Virus record (IMG/VR): IMGVR_UViG_3300049201_000008
Coordinates: 1 to 64,000 of that record
Strand: one strand, 5' to 3'
DNA from: a virus
Lineage: Duplodnaviria; Caudoviricetes
DNA: 64,000 nucleotides
Shown here: in pieces, positions 17,309 to 26,100 of the stretch
Position numbering within the stretch: the first letter of the stretch is position 1
Layout of the letters: the number at the start of each line of letters is the position of its first letter
Notes under the pieces: model-generated
What the model saw: the letters and a program-made list of their open reading frames with translations, nothing else
Database searches by the model: none
Told to the model about the DNA's origin: nothing
Made by a program: the position numbers and the translations under genes

Positions 17309-18117
17309 TTGCGTCCGCCTTTCTTCCGCGCCGGAACTTCAAGGCCAGCCTCAATCATTGCGGTCCTCATCCGATCGGCCCCGTCTTCGATAACGGCCAA
17401 GATGTTTGCAGGCCCATGCCAGGATTCCGCCAAGTTCAGGGAGTGGGCGACTTTGACGGCCTTGATGATCCGATCCGTCTCGTACGAATAGAGCCGATCG
17501 CCGAAGTTCTCCCTGATGGCGTCGATCAGCTTCGTTGCGCCGTCGCGGAATTCCCGCTTGTCGTTGATGCGGCGCTCGACTTCCTGCTCAATGCCCTTGT
17601 CCCAATCGGCTTTAGCTGCCCGCACAGCGTTGCTGATGGCGGCGGCGTCCTGTTCACCGGCTCGACGCACCAACGCAGCCACAAAGCCAGCCGTGAGCGG
17701 TTCTGGCGTCAATAGCGCCGGGTTCTTCCTGCATCTGAGAGCGCCGTCCTTGAATTCGTACAAGCCCCAAGTCACCGGCAGTTCGTCGGCCTTCACCATT
17801 CCAGCCGGAGCCGCCAGTGACCAGCGGTGGCAATGCTTGTATATGGGCAGAGACTTCGCTGGATTCTTCATCTCATTGAGGAAATCGCCGCGCGAAACCT
17901 TCACCTCGAATCCATGGACTTCATGCCCGGTGGATGGCCAGACGCCGATAGTCACGGCATCGGCATAGGTTTTGATTTTGAAACCGGTATCGTTCGAGAC
18001 TTCGAAGAATGTCTGATAGGCCGGCGCGTCGAAGAGACGCTTGATGGCGCGTTTGATATCGGCGGATGTCACCTTCGCGGGAGGCGATTCTGAGATTTTG
18101 GCTTCGATGGTGTTCAT
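17305..18117 (-). CDS. MmcB-like PD-(D/E)XK nuclease domain protein
   Basis: FFEVS...YADAV..GVWPS...VHGFEVKVSRGDFLNE; 270 aa from MNTIEAK. Confidence 0.7.
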   Translation of the reverse strand: MNTIEAKISESPPAKVTSADIKRAIKRLFDAPAYQTFFEVSNDTGFKIKTYADAVTIGVWPSTGHEVHGFEVKVSRGDFLNEMKNPAKSLPIYKHCHRWSLAAPAGMVKADELPVTWGLYEFKDGALRCRKNPALLTPEPLTAGFVAALVRRAGEQDAAAISNAVRAAKADWDKGIEQEVERRINDKREFRDGATKLIDAIRENFGDRLYSYETDRIIKAVKVAHSLNLAESWHGPANILAVIEDGADRMRTAMIEAGLEVPARKKGGRK

Positions 18118-18629
18118 GCTTCCGCCCTCGCTTCGGCTGCGTCGAAGTTTGGCCGCAGGCAGCAATCCAATTCCGCGCGCGTCGTGGCAAAATCCTTATG
18201 CAGGATCGCAACCCCGCCTTCCTTCTGCCAGCACGTCGTATTCCGTTCGAAATCATCAATCAGGACGTCGCCAGGTGCATGCATGAACAGCGGCTTGTTG
18301 TGTCCGCCCATGACAGGGAGAACGATGCATTTGGTGGATAGATGCTCTCGCACCCATGCCCGTTTCTGACGCGCTGCATTGGCGTAATTCGTCCGTGGGC
18401 AGGCGGTGAGGATGATCGGATCAAGCCATGATATCCCGTCGAAGAACACCTTGGCCCCCTCGCATGGCGGCATGTCGCGGAAATAGGACGGATGGGAATT
18501 GATCTGCACCCACATGTCATCATCGGCAAGGGACTTGTGATCAAGGCCGAAGACTGCCGGGAAATGAGCATCGAAGTCGGCCATGACGCCGTCCAAGTCC
18601 AGATAGAGTTTGGGGAAATTCGTTGTCAT
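18114..18629 (-). CDS. HAD-family 5'(3')-deoxyribonucleotidase
   Basis: LYLDLDGVMADF motif I, ILTACP motif II, VLIDDF motif IV. Confidence 0.85.
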   Translation of the reverse strand: MTTNFPKLYLDLDGVMADFDAHFPAVFGLDHKSLADDDMWVQINSHPSYFRDMPPCEGAKVFFDGISWLDPIILTACPRTNYANAARQKRAWVREHLSTKCIVLPVMGGHNKPLFMHAPGDVLIDDFERNTTCWQKEGGVAILHKDFATTRAELDCCLRPNFDAAEARAEA

Positions 18630-18934
18630 GCACTTATCCTCGCTACTCGCTCAAACCTCTTCTTCGCCTGCACGATCAATCCCCGATCTGTCTTCGGCTT
18701 TACCTCCAGCCAGAACTGATCCGGCAGCGGATCGATATAGACTGCATCGGCACGCTCCATTGCCGCTACCAGAGCCTCCAGGGCTGCTACACGCGCATCC
18801 TTGGGGCTGGGATATGTGATGGGGCGTCCGCAGTGGTCGCAGAGCCTGTGGGGATGCTTCTCACCCGAGAGATGATACTCGGCACCCCATCCTTTCGACG
18901 TGGGGATGGCGCGGGCGATGGATTCGGTGATCAT
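18626..18934 (-). CDS. Hypothetical protein
   Basis: 102 aa with CDHC; coupled. Confidence 0.55.
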   Translation of the reverse strand: MITESIARAIPTSKGWGAEYHLSGEKHPHRLCDHCGRPITYPSPKDARVAALEALVAAMERADAVYIDPLPDQFWLEVKPKTDRGLIVQAKKRFERVARISA

Positions 18935-20466
18935 GCCGCGATGTCCTTCATGATTTCCTCAACCATCTCGATCCTGCGGCCTATCCACCTCATCACGTTG
19001 ACAGCCATGGAATTACCAAGAGCCTTATACTGGGGGCCATCGGGAGCTTCTGGCTTGCCGCGCCAAGGGATGTTGCAAAAGCCGTCCCTGAAGCCCTGTA
19101 GGCGGTGGCATTCGGTGGGGGTTAGGCGGCGGACTGCCCAGGCGGACTGTACGGCTTGCACTTCTTGGCGAGCCTCTAGGGTGTAGGCGATGTCCTTCTG
19201 AACGCCGACGCCATCTGGGCCGCTGAGCGGATTTTCGCGTGTCGCACCTGCTTGGATCGCGATTGCGCCGACGCCAATTCCAGCCCGGCCACCATTCGGT
19301 GTGAGAACAGCGTTAGCCGTCCCGTCCTGCCGCCATTCGATGTCAGGTTGCCCGTCGCGGCCACGGATGGCGAGTGTCATGGGATGAACCGGTACTAGGG
19401 GCGTCCCGCGCCCGGTTCCGTCTTCGCTGGCGTCAAATCCTTCGCCACGCAGGCTATGGGCAACGAGCAGTCCTTCGCGGCTCTCGTGGTCGCCGTATGG
19501 ATTGCTGGTGATGGATGGCGCTACTCCATGAGCAACTAAACTATCGCAGGTATCCACATCGGTCCCATAAGGCCGATCGCCGCCGGTTTGATTGCCGCCC
19601 GCGCGCATCGTGGGTGCTGTATGTGCGACGAAGTTCTCCGTCTCCCAATCCAGCCGTTGGGCATAGCCCGCTGTGTCACAGCGGGCTGCATCATCGGCGA
19701 TCAATCCTCCATCAAGATCGAAATCGGTTCCGAGTCCGCCACCGCCTGTAGGGCGCGAGCTAATTGTGGGGGCAACGTTTTGCCACGCTTCTCGGCGCGG
19801 CGCAGTATCCCCGCGCATGCTTTCGCGCTCAAGTAATACCGCTGCGGCACGTCGCCAATCTCCAAGATATCCGACAACGAACACACGCCGTCGTCTCTGA
19901 GGGACAGCCCGCCCAAATCCGTCCACTCGGATATATTGAGCGTCAAGCACTCGCCATGTGAGGCCGTATGCGCGGTGGTAGCCTGGGACAACTCCCGCAT
20001 TTCCCCAGCCGTTGATGGGGACTTCGATCCGTCTTCCGGAGAGCAGTCCCAGAAAGCTTGCAAAGTCTCGTCCACCATTGATCGAAAGGACGCCGGGGAC
20101 GTTTTCCCACGCCACCCATCGGGGCCGATATCTCCGAGCAATTGCAGCATAGGTGAGCGTGAGGCTACCACGGATGCCATCCATTCCCGCCCTGAGGCCC
20201 GCGATCGAATAGTCCTGGCAGGGGGTGCCTCCGACAAGAAGGTCAATTGCATAGTCTGGCCACTCCTCGAATTTCGTCATGTCGCCAAGGTTCGGAACGC
20301 CGTTCGATGTCGGCGCTTCGCCCGGCATATTGCTGCCGTAGTGGTAAGCGAGGACGGCAGAGGGGAATTTCTCAATCTCGCTGAAGAATGCTGGCGTCCA
20401 GCCGAGCGGATGCCAAGCATGCGTTGCCGCCTCGATGCCGGAGCACACGGAACCGTACCGCATCAA
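18931..20466 (-). CDS. DNA (cytosine-5) methyltransferase
   Basis: Motifs I SVCSGIEA, IV GTPCQ, VI ENV, VIII QRRRRVF, IX RRLTPTECHRLQGF, X YKALGNSM; long variable region. Confidence 0.95.
   Translation of the reverse strand: MMRYGSVCSGIEAATHAWHPLGWTPAFFSEIEKFPSAVLAYHYGSNMPGEAPTSNGVPNLGDMTKFEEWPDYAIDLLVGGTPCQDYSIAGLRAGMDGIRGSLTLTYAAIARRYRPRWVAWENVPGVLSINGGRDFASFLGLLSGRRIEVPINGWGNAGVVPGYHRAYGLTWRVLDAQYIRVDGFGRAVPQRRRRVFVVGYLGDWRRAAAVLLERESMRGDTAPRREAWQNVAPTISSRPTGGGGLGTDFDLDGGLIADDAARCDTAGYAQRLDWETENFVAHTAPTMRAGGNQTGGDRPYGTDVDTCDSLVAHGVAPSITSNPYGDHESREGLLVAHSLRGEGFDASEDGTGRGTPLVPVHPMTLAIRGRDGQPDIEWRQDGTANAVLTPNGGRAGIGVGAIAIQAGATRENPLSGPDGVGVQKDIAYTLEARQEVQAVQSAWAVRRLTPTECHRLQGFRDGFCNIPWRGKPEAPDGPQYKALGNSMAVNVMRWIGRRIEMVEEIMKDIAA
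19701..20252 (-). CDS. Nested +1-frame ORF; M.EcoHK31I beta-polypeptide-like subunit
   Basis: 183 aa; GAGGAG 10 nt upstream of ATG; GECLTLNISEW...CSLSDILE...YYLSAKACAGILRRAEKRGKTLPPQL. Confidence 0.7.
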   Translation of the reverse strand: MQLTFLSEAPPARTIRSRASGREWMASVVASRSPMLQLLGDIGPDGWRGKTSPASFRSMVDETLQAFWDCSPEDGSKSPSTAGEMRELSQATTAHTASHGECLTLNISEWTDLGGLSLRDDGVCSLSDILEIGDVPQRYYLSAKACAGILRRAEKRGKTLPPQLARALQAVADSEPISILMED

Positions 20467-20585
20467 AACAGCCCCCGCTCGTCAATCGCCACATAGAACC
20501 GCTCTGGACGATGGGCCAGTTGGTAAAAGCCTATCCATCCTGTGCTGATGTGGATGGCGCCGGTTTCGTAGCGGGAGGCGTTCAT
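20463..20585 (-). CDS. Small hypothetical protein (40 aa)
   Basis: MNASRYETG..., start and stop overlap both neighbours. Confidence 0.5.
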   Translation of the reverse strand: MNASRYETGAIHISTGWIGFYQLAHRPERFYVAIDERGLF

Positions 20586-20827
20586 GTGGCCTTCCTCTCG
20601 CGCTCTAATCGCAGGCCGTGAGCCTTTATGCCGTGGATTATGGTGTGGTGATCGCGCCTGAACTTGCGGCTGATCTCCGACAACGAGATATCGTACCGTT
20701 CCTGCCTAATTTGATGCCAGATATGATGGCGCGCACGGCATATCTCCGCCTTTCGGACGTCACCAAGCACCTGCTGCATCGTAATTCCTGGGTGCTCGCG
20801 TAGCACTTCGGCCGCGATCTCCGTCAT
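20582..20827 (-). CDS. Second DnaA C-terminal-like HTH protein (start uncertain)
   Basis: ICRARHHIW...ISLSEISRKFRRDHHTIIHGI. Confidence 0.75.
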   Translation of the reverse strand: MTEIAAEVLREHPGITMQQVLGDVRKAEICRARHHIWHQIRQERYDISLSEISRKFRRDHHTIIHGIKAHGLRLERERKAT

Positions 20828-20943
20828 AAGCCTGCGAACTGGAAAGGCGATTACGAAGTTTGCGTCCAAGCCTTCCGCTCTGAGAGTCCTTTGTGTGGAC
20901 CTCAACTCAAACTCCGCGCTGATCGAAAAGGTTGAAATATCAA

Positions 20944-21456
20944 TCACGACGCCGGCCCCCAAACTTCAAAAAGGCTCCAGAACCATGTCGACTTCGCCGG
21001 CAGCATGCGCCGCGTGGCCATGGAAACGAACGTCGGCTGATCGACATGTTCCGCGAGCATCCGAAACCCCTGCCCCGCCAATTCCCGTGTCCGCTCGCGA
21101 TGAGCAATGCGCCAGTCAATCCATGGCCGGCTCTCGGCGCGATAGGTGATTTCTTTTGGCCTGTTGACAGCGTCGAGACGGGATTGCTCGTCACGGACGT
21201 ATGTTGCCAGCTCTGGAGACGTCGGGCAGAACCGGAGCGATGCGCCCTTGATCTTGCCTTCGCGAAGATAGTCGATCGTGTTCGATATCGCTTCCGGACT
21301 GTAGCTGCGGAGCGCGTAGCAATAGGCATCGAGGATGGCCATCTGGCGTTCACGCGGATCGTGCTCTTCTTCGTTGCCCTTTGGGGCATTGAGTGGCAGC
21401 GCAACCCACAGAGCCTTTAGGCTATCGATCACAGGGGGGCGAAAATGGGCTGACAT
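20944..21456 (-). CDS. Putative replication accessory protein (helicase loader/inhibitor-like)
   Basis: YCYALRSYSPEAI...FCPTSPEL pattern; follows the O-like gene. Confidence 0.45.
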   Translation of the reverse strand: MSAHFRPPVIDSLKALWVALPLNAPKGNEEEHDPRERQMAILDAYCYALRSYSPEAISNTIDYLREGKIKGASLRFCPTSPELATYVRDEQSRLDAVNRPKEITYRAESRPWIDWRIAHRERTRELAGQGFRMLAEHVDQPTFVSMATRRMLPAKSTWFWSLFEVWGPAS

Positions 21457-21470
21457 CTATCTGCCTCCCG

Positions 21471-21818
21471 TCAATGCGAAATGCGTTCGCGGTAGCGGCC
21501 CATGACTTCGCCTGCGAAATCGGCCATATCGTTCGAGCGCTTCGGCTGGTTGCGGGCGTCCTTGCGGATTTCGTTCTCATACCAGCTAGCGAAAAAACCT
21601 CGCCATGAGTGAGCTATCTGCATCTCCGCCGCCGCGCGCGCGTTGCCTGTCTTGAGATATTCCTTGACGAGCAGCTTGGCCGCATATTCGGTGATCGGCT
21701 CTTTCTTCACGTCATCACGAAGCTCAATTACGGCTGCCGCCAGTTCCTCGCCAAGAACGGGAATAAGGATAGGAAGGACTTTGGCCGCGTCCGTCCGTTT
21801 CGTTGAAGCTCTTGCCAT
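21471..21818 (-). CDS. Putative replication-initiator C-terminal-like protein
   Basis: IELRDDVKKEPITEYAAKLL...SWRGFFASW resembles C-termini of phage O-like proteins; no N-terminal HTH. Confidence 0.45.
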   Translation of the reverse strand: MARASTKRTDAAKVLPILIPVLGEELAAAVIELRDDVKKEPITEYAAKLLVKEYLKTGNARAAAEMQIAHSWRGFFASWYENEIRKDARNQPKRSNDMADFAGEVMGRYRERISH

Positions 21819-21969
21819 TTTGCTTCCTTTCGTCTTGGGGGATTTCGTCGTGTCTGTTTTCGATAAGCGCCGCTATGAGCGCGTCTGCGTCGGCTTCGTT
21901 GTCGGGAAGCCGGACGATCGGCGCGTGCTTGACATGGGGCGAGCGCTGGGCGGATGATTTGGGCATCAA
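21724..21969 (-). CDS. Hypothetical protein
   Basis: Coupled to upstream endonuclease gene; 3' end overlaps next gene by 95 nt. Confidence 0.4.
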   Translation of the reverse strand: MMPKSSAQRSPHVKHAPIVRLPDNEADADALIAALIENRHDEIPQDERKQNGKSFNETDGRGQSPSYPYSRSWRGTGGSRN

Positions 21970-22346
21970 ACCTCCACGATCTTGATGGCGGGGAAGAGCG
22001 CTTCAACGAGCGCCTTCTTCAGCTTATATTCTTTGGTGCGGAAGCCTTTGGCGTCTTCGATGACGCGCTTTTCGCCGTCGAAATAGGCGAAGTCGGCCTT
22101 GTAATAGGCTTGCCGGCCGCTGTCGTATTTCACGGGATTGCCACGAACCTCGAAATTGAACCGCGGCTGCCTTTCGAGGTGCGATATCTTGCCAGCACGC
22201 TCCAATGCGCGAAGTTCACACCAGCGATCGGCTTCCTTTTTCGAATCGAAAACCTGGCCGTCGACAACGGTTCGCTTCGCGCCGAACTTATTCTTCGGCT
22301 TCGCTTCCGCCAGAGCGGCGCGGTATTGTTCGGCTGCCTTGCTCAT
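21966..22346 (-). CDS. DUF1064-family endonuclease
   Basis: KNKFGAKRT.VDGQVFDSKKEA...LERQPRF...YKADF.Y...IEDAKG. Confidence 0.9.
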   Translation of the reverse strand: MSKAAEQYRAALAEAKPKNKFGAKRTVVDGQVFDSKKEADRWCELRALERAGKISHLERQPRFNFEVRGNPVKYDSGRQAYYKADFAYFDGEKRVIEDAKGFRTKEYKLKKALVEALFPAIKIVEV

Positions 22347-23632
22347 GCTGCGCTCCCAGCAAAAAGTGGCCCGTGATCAGCGACGACTTGCTTGCGCGGG
22401 ATTCTCCACTCGGTTTCGATCCGTCGCCGCGCGATCTCGACATAGTCAGGGTTCAGTTCGATAAGTTCGGCCTGGCGTCCATGCCTCAGAGCCACGAGGG
22501 CCGTTGTTCCGGCGCCGCCGAATGGATCAAGGACAACGCCGCCTTTAGGGCAGCCAGCCAGAATGCAACGTTCCGCTAGTTGAGGAGGAAATGTAGCGAA
22601 GTGCGCGTCTGAAAAAGCCTGTGTCGCCATCTCCCACACAGTCAAAGGAGCGGGTTCATAATTGCGCAGATAGCGGCCGTTAGAGCACTGCTCTTCCTTT
22701 TCCATCAGATCCCAGCGATCGTTAAAGCCAGCGTGTCGGCGGCTGTGGCCTCGCTGCTTGTCGATCGTCTTGCCAGCCTCGCGGCCATTCCTGTGATGCG
22801 AACCGTGTCCACCGGCCCCTGTGTCCCAGCCATCAGGCATTTTGATGCGCTTGTTGCCGGTGACAGCACGCCTTCTAGGCTCGCCACCGACATAGGAGCC
22901 ACCGCGATACGTCATCGCGTCTTCGTCGGAAGTTCTGCCCTGCCTGACAATTTCAGCGTCAAAGTAGGCGCCCATTCGAATCCAGCGGTGACCTTCACGT
23001 GATGGATCGGTAATGAGTGCGCAGCGCTCCGAAAGATCTGGATTAAAGGAAATTTCGCCCGAGTCGCGAGCGCGCCAAACATCAGCATCGTCGCTCTTGG
23101 TGAGCATGAAGATTTTCTCATGCGAGGTGGATGGGCGATAAGCGCCGGAGCTGTCTGGCATGGGGTTCGTCTTGCCCCAGATAATCTCGGATCGAACCCA
23201 CCAGCCTGCGTCCTGCAAGGCAATGGCGAGCCGGTTAGGGATCATGCACAAGTCCTTTGCTTTGAGCGTCCCGCCGATGGTAGAGAATGGCTTATCCCGG
23301 AAGGTTCGATCGTCCAGCCCTTCGGCCTTGTATTCTGCGGCTGACTTGTGGTTCGGCGTCGTCGCGTAGCAATCGCCATAGTTTATCCAGCAAGTGCCTG
23401 TCGGTTTGAGGATGCGGCGGACTTCCTCGAAAACCTGCACCATAACCGCAAGGTGTTCGGCTAATGTTGGCTCAAGCCCCATCTGGCCAGCAACACCATA
23501 ATCTCGCAGCCTCCAATATGGCGGGCTACAGACTGCGCAGTCCACGGAATCGGACGGCATGCTACGCATCACCTCAAGGCAATCGCCAATGTGGATCACG
23601 CATCTTCCGTCCAAGATTGAAACTGCCGCCAT
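22343..23632 (-). CDS. DNA N4-cytosine/N6-adenine methyltransferase (beta class)
   Basis: CSPPYW catalytic motif, HFATFPPQL, VLDPFGGAGTT SAM-binding motif. Confidence 0.93.
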   Translation of the reverse strand: MAAVSILDGRCVIHIGDCLEVMRSMPSDSVDCAVCSPPYWRLRDYGVAGQMGLEPTLAEHLAVMVQVFEEVRRILKPTGTCWINYGDCYATTPNHKSAAEYKAEGLDDRTFRDKPFSTIGGTLKAKDLCMIPNRLAIALQDAGWWVRSEIIWGKTNPMPDSSGAYRPSTSHEKIFMLTKSDDADVWRARDSGEISFNPDLSERCALITDPSREGHRWIRMGAYFDAEIVRQGRTSDEDAMTYRGGSYVGGEPRRRAVTGNKRIKMPDGWDTGAGGHGSHHRNGREAGKTIDKQRGHSRRHAGFNDRWDLMEKEEQCSNGRYLRNYEPAPLTVWEMATQAFSDAHFATFPPQLAERCILAGCPKGGVVLDPFGGAGTTALVALRHGRQAELIELNPDYVEIARRRIETEWRIPRKQVVADHGPLFAGSAA

Positions 23633-23723
23633 TCGCTATCCGCCTGTTTCGGGAGAAAGAACCTCCGACATTCGCGTCGGAGGGAGGTGGGGCCGCTGGG
23701 AGGGGTGCGCGGCCGGGTGACTG

Positions 23724-24353
23724 TTACTTCCCGCCAGCCGCGCGCTGGCGCAGATCGTCGCTGAACTGCTCCACCTTGCCCGTGGATGCATAGTTGGCCG
23801 TCCGCATGGAAAGCCCCTTCATAGCGGCGTCATAGTTCCCGGCGGCCATATTGAGCGTCTGGCCGGCGGCATTGCCGAGAGACGCGCCCTGTCCGAATGC
23901 ATCGAAGTCAGCACCGAGGAAGACGACATCAAAGCCCTTGGCTCGCATCTCGTCCAGCATGGCCTTGGCGGCTTCCTTCTTGATTTCGCGGCTGTCGTTC
24001 TCCTGGCCGTCCGTGATGATGACGATCGCGGCCTTGGAAGGGTTGGCTGTGCGGATGGTATCCACAAGCCTGCCGATGGCGTCATAGAGCGGCGTGGATG
24101 CCCGTGGAGCGATTTCGCTGGCGGCGATGGCCTTCCACTCGTCCGCGCGCATTGAAGAGCGCATGACGGTAAATGGATCGGCGCTGTCGAATGCCGCGAC
24201 GGTAACGAGCGCCTTCTTTGTCGCCTTCTCGCCCGCCAGTCCTTCGACATAGGCATTGAGCGAGCCGATGGTTTCCGCCCAATGGGTTGCCATCGATCCC
24301 GATCTGTCGAGTAGGATGTAGGCGTTAATGTCTGCTGCTGCTTTCTCTGTCAT
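23724..24353 (-). CDS. von Willebrand factor A domain protein
   Basis: ILLDRSGSM (MIDAS), TPLYDAIG, IITDGQENDS. Confidence 0.9.
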   Translation of the reverse strand: MTEKAAADINAYILLDRSGSMATHWAETIGSLNAYVEGLAGEKATKKALVTVAAFDSADPFTVMRSSMRADEWKAIAASEIAPRASTPLYDAIGRLVDTIRTANPSKAAIVIITDGQENDSREIKKEAAKAMLDEMRAKGFDVVFLGADFDAFGQGASLGNAAGQTLNMAAGNYDAAMKGLSMRTANYASTGKVEQFSDDLRQRAAGGK

Positions 24354-24532
24354 CGATCGTCCTTTCCTTGATCAATTTCCTCAATCCAATCGGCCCAATC
24401 AGCGAGACGGTGAGCCTTGTCCGCGTGTTTGTTGGCGGATCGCCTCCATCTGCGGGCCAAAAAACTCCTCATCGGTTCTGGCAAGGCGCGCATCCAACGA
24501 AGCCAGACGGGCACGTAGATTGTTGCTTTCAC
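24350..24532 (-). CDS. Hypothetical protein overlapping the CII-like gene
   Basis: GTG at 24532 after GGAGG; stop overlaps vWA start. Confidence 0.4.
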   Translation of the reverse strand: MKATIYVPVWLRWMRALPEPMRSFLARRWRRSANKHADKAHRLADWADWIEEIDQGKDDR

Positions 24533-24785
24533 TGCGGCTTTCCTCCCGTTTGAGCTTTGCCATCTCGGCAGCTTGGGCCAGTTCAAGCATCTGCCAGAAC
24601 TCAACCTTTCGGCATTCATTGTTCCACCAGGCCCGCAAGCGACGGTGTGTCCACTGCTTTTCCGGCTCGTCCTTGTGCTTGAAATTTTCCCGTAAGAAAT
24701 TGTGTGCGCCAGTGAGCATCGCCTTCACCTTGTCGGTGCCGGCGATCTCCTGAACAAAAACCCTAGCGAGTGCTACGTCAGACAT
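24399..24785 (-). CDS. Putative CII-like regulator (start 24785 or 24839)
   Basis: WTHRRLRAWW...ARLASLDARLARTDEEFFGP; position in the cro operon. Confidence 0.55.
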   Translation of the reverse strand: MSDVALARVFVQEIAGTDKVKAMLTGAHNFLRENFKHKDEPEKQWTHRRLRAWWNNECRKVEFWQMLELAQAAEMAKLKREESRSESNNLRARLASLDARLARTDEEFFGPQMEAIRQQTRGQGSPSR

Positions 24786-25233
24786 TCTCTTTCGCCCTAG
24801 TTGAATTCGCTGTTCCAAATATTCGGGTGAGATTCCCATGATTTTCGACGCCCTTCTGTGTGAGTGTTGTTTCGTCAACACCGACACCGGGCCGCTTAGG
24901 AGAAAGGCTGAGCAGGTATCCCCGCCGCATCCCTTGTTTTGCCGAGTAAGTTCTGCGTCCGGTTCGGGCTGAGGATGATAGTTCCCCGTCATCCTCAGCC
25001 CTGTCCGCCACGCAAAGCCATCGGCGGTAGAAAATTCACTGGCAAATGACGGCGGTCGCCAAACCATGGCCGTCATCGCCACATTCCATTTCAGTCGGTG
25101 AAAACCGGCATGCGTCCAAAAATCAAAAGGAAGGCGATCAGCCACAGCAAGAGAATGCCGGCGACCACCGCCACCGGAGGCCAAACCAACCGAAAAACCT
25201 GAGCCGCGTACCAGAAGAGAGAATAAGCCCACA

Positions 25234-25440
25234 TCATTTCGCCGTCCTCAGTTCCGAGATTTGCTGGCGCTCGGCTTCACGTGCCTCATGCAGCCACTTG
25301 TAGACTGTCGCCTCTGACTTGCCTTTGAAGGCTGCTATCTCGAAAGTGGAATAGCCCATGCGAAAGAGCGCCAATGTAGGAAGCTTTCGAAGCTCTGGAT
25401 TGCGGGCGAATTCGTTTGGGACGAGGCGATCAGCGTTCAT
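25234..25440 (-). CDS. HTH protein
   Basis: MGYSTFEIAAFKGKSEATVYKWL. Confidence 0.75.
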   Translation of the reverse strand: MNADRLVPNEFARNPELRKLPTLALFRMGYSTFEIAAFKGKSEATVYKWLHEAREAERQQISELRTAK

Positions 25441-25592
25441 CCGCGCCTCCCATACTGATCGGAACCGAGTCCGTTGGTGGGATCGCGCTCGCTGCCAGCC
25501 GAGATTTCAGCATGACTATTGCGGCGAAAACCTATGAAGCCGACAAAACCGCCAAGCAGGAATGAAATGATGAGCCAAAGAACGAACGCCAT
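25437..25592 (-). CDS. Small membrane protein
   Basis: MAFVLWLIISFLLGGFVGFIGF, 51 aa. Confidence 0.55.
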   Translation of the reverse strand: MAFVLWLIISFLLGGFVGFIGFRRNSHAEISAGSERDPTNGLGSDQYGRRG

Positions 25593-25593
25593 G

Positions 25594-25920
25594 TCAGTTC
25601 TCCTCATAGCCGCTGAAATCGAACAGATGCGCTTCCTCATGTCTTGGGAAGATGAGAGCCGCTTCGCTATCCGAAAGCCCCATGCCGCGGCGCTCTGCGT
25701 TGTTGCGGCGGATCGCATGGTTGTAGACTTCGACGGACTGCTTTTGAGCGATGGACGTACCGTTGAAATGACGGCCATGTTTCAGGCCGAATGCCCGAAC
25801 CGCATCACCGCTCGGGGCGCCGAGACACACAGCGATTTGCTTGCTCGTCATTCGGCACTCGTTGCCGCCATCGATTTGGGCAAGCTTTTGTTCGGTTGTG
25901 GAAGTCTGCCAGAAGGACAT
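25594..25920 (-). CDS. GcrA-like/HTH hypothetical protein
   Basis: MTSKQIAVCLGAPSGDAVRAF. Confidence 0.5.
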   Translation of the reverse strand: MSFWQTSTTEQKLAQIDGGNECRMTSKQIAVCLGAPSGDAVRAFGLKHGRHFNGTSIAQKQSVEVYNHAIRRNNAERRGMGLSDSEAALIFPRHEEAHLFDFSGYEEN

Positions 25921-25923
25921 TGT

Positions 25924-26100
25924 TCAGCCGCCCTTCCGCACGCATTCATGGGAGCCACCAACAGTGGTTTTCCACTCGCTGCCTGCCTTTACGCATTCGG
26001 TGGCGATTTTCGCTTCCTTGGTGTTTTCTGCGATCGCCATGACAACCATGAAGGCCATGAACGCACAGCACATAATCACCAGTCCCAATCCTTCATTCAT
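25924..26100 (-). CDS. Small membrane protein (58 aa, not in ORF track)
   Basis: MNEGLGLVIMCCAFMAFMVVMAIA...; GAGG RBS; start overlaps upstream stop. Confidence 0.55.
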   Translation of the reverse strand: MNEGLGLVIMCCAFMAFMVVMAIAENTKEAKIATECVKAGSEWKTTVGGSHECVRKGG

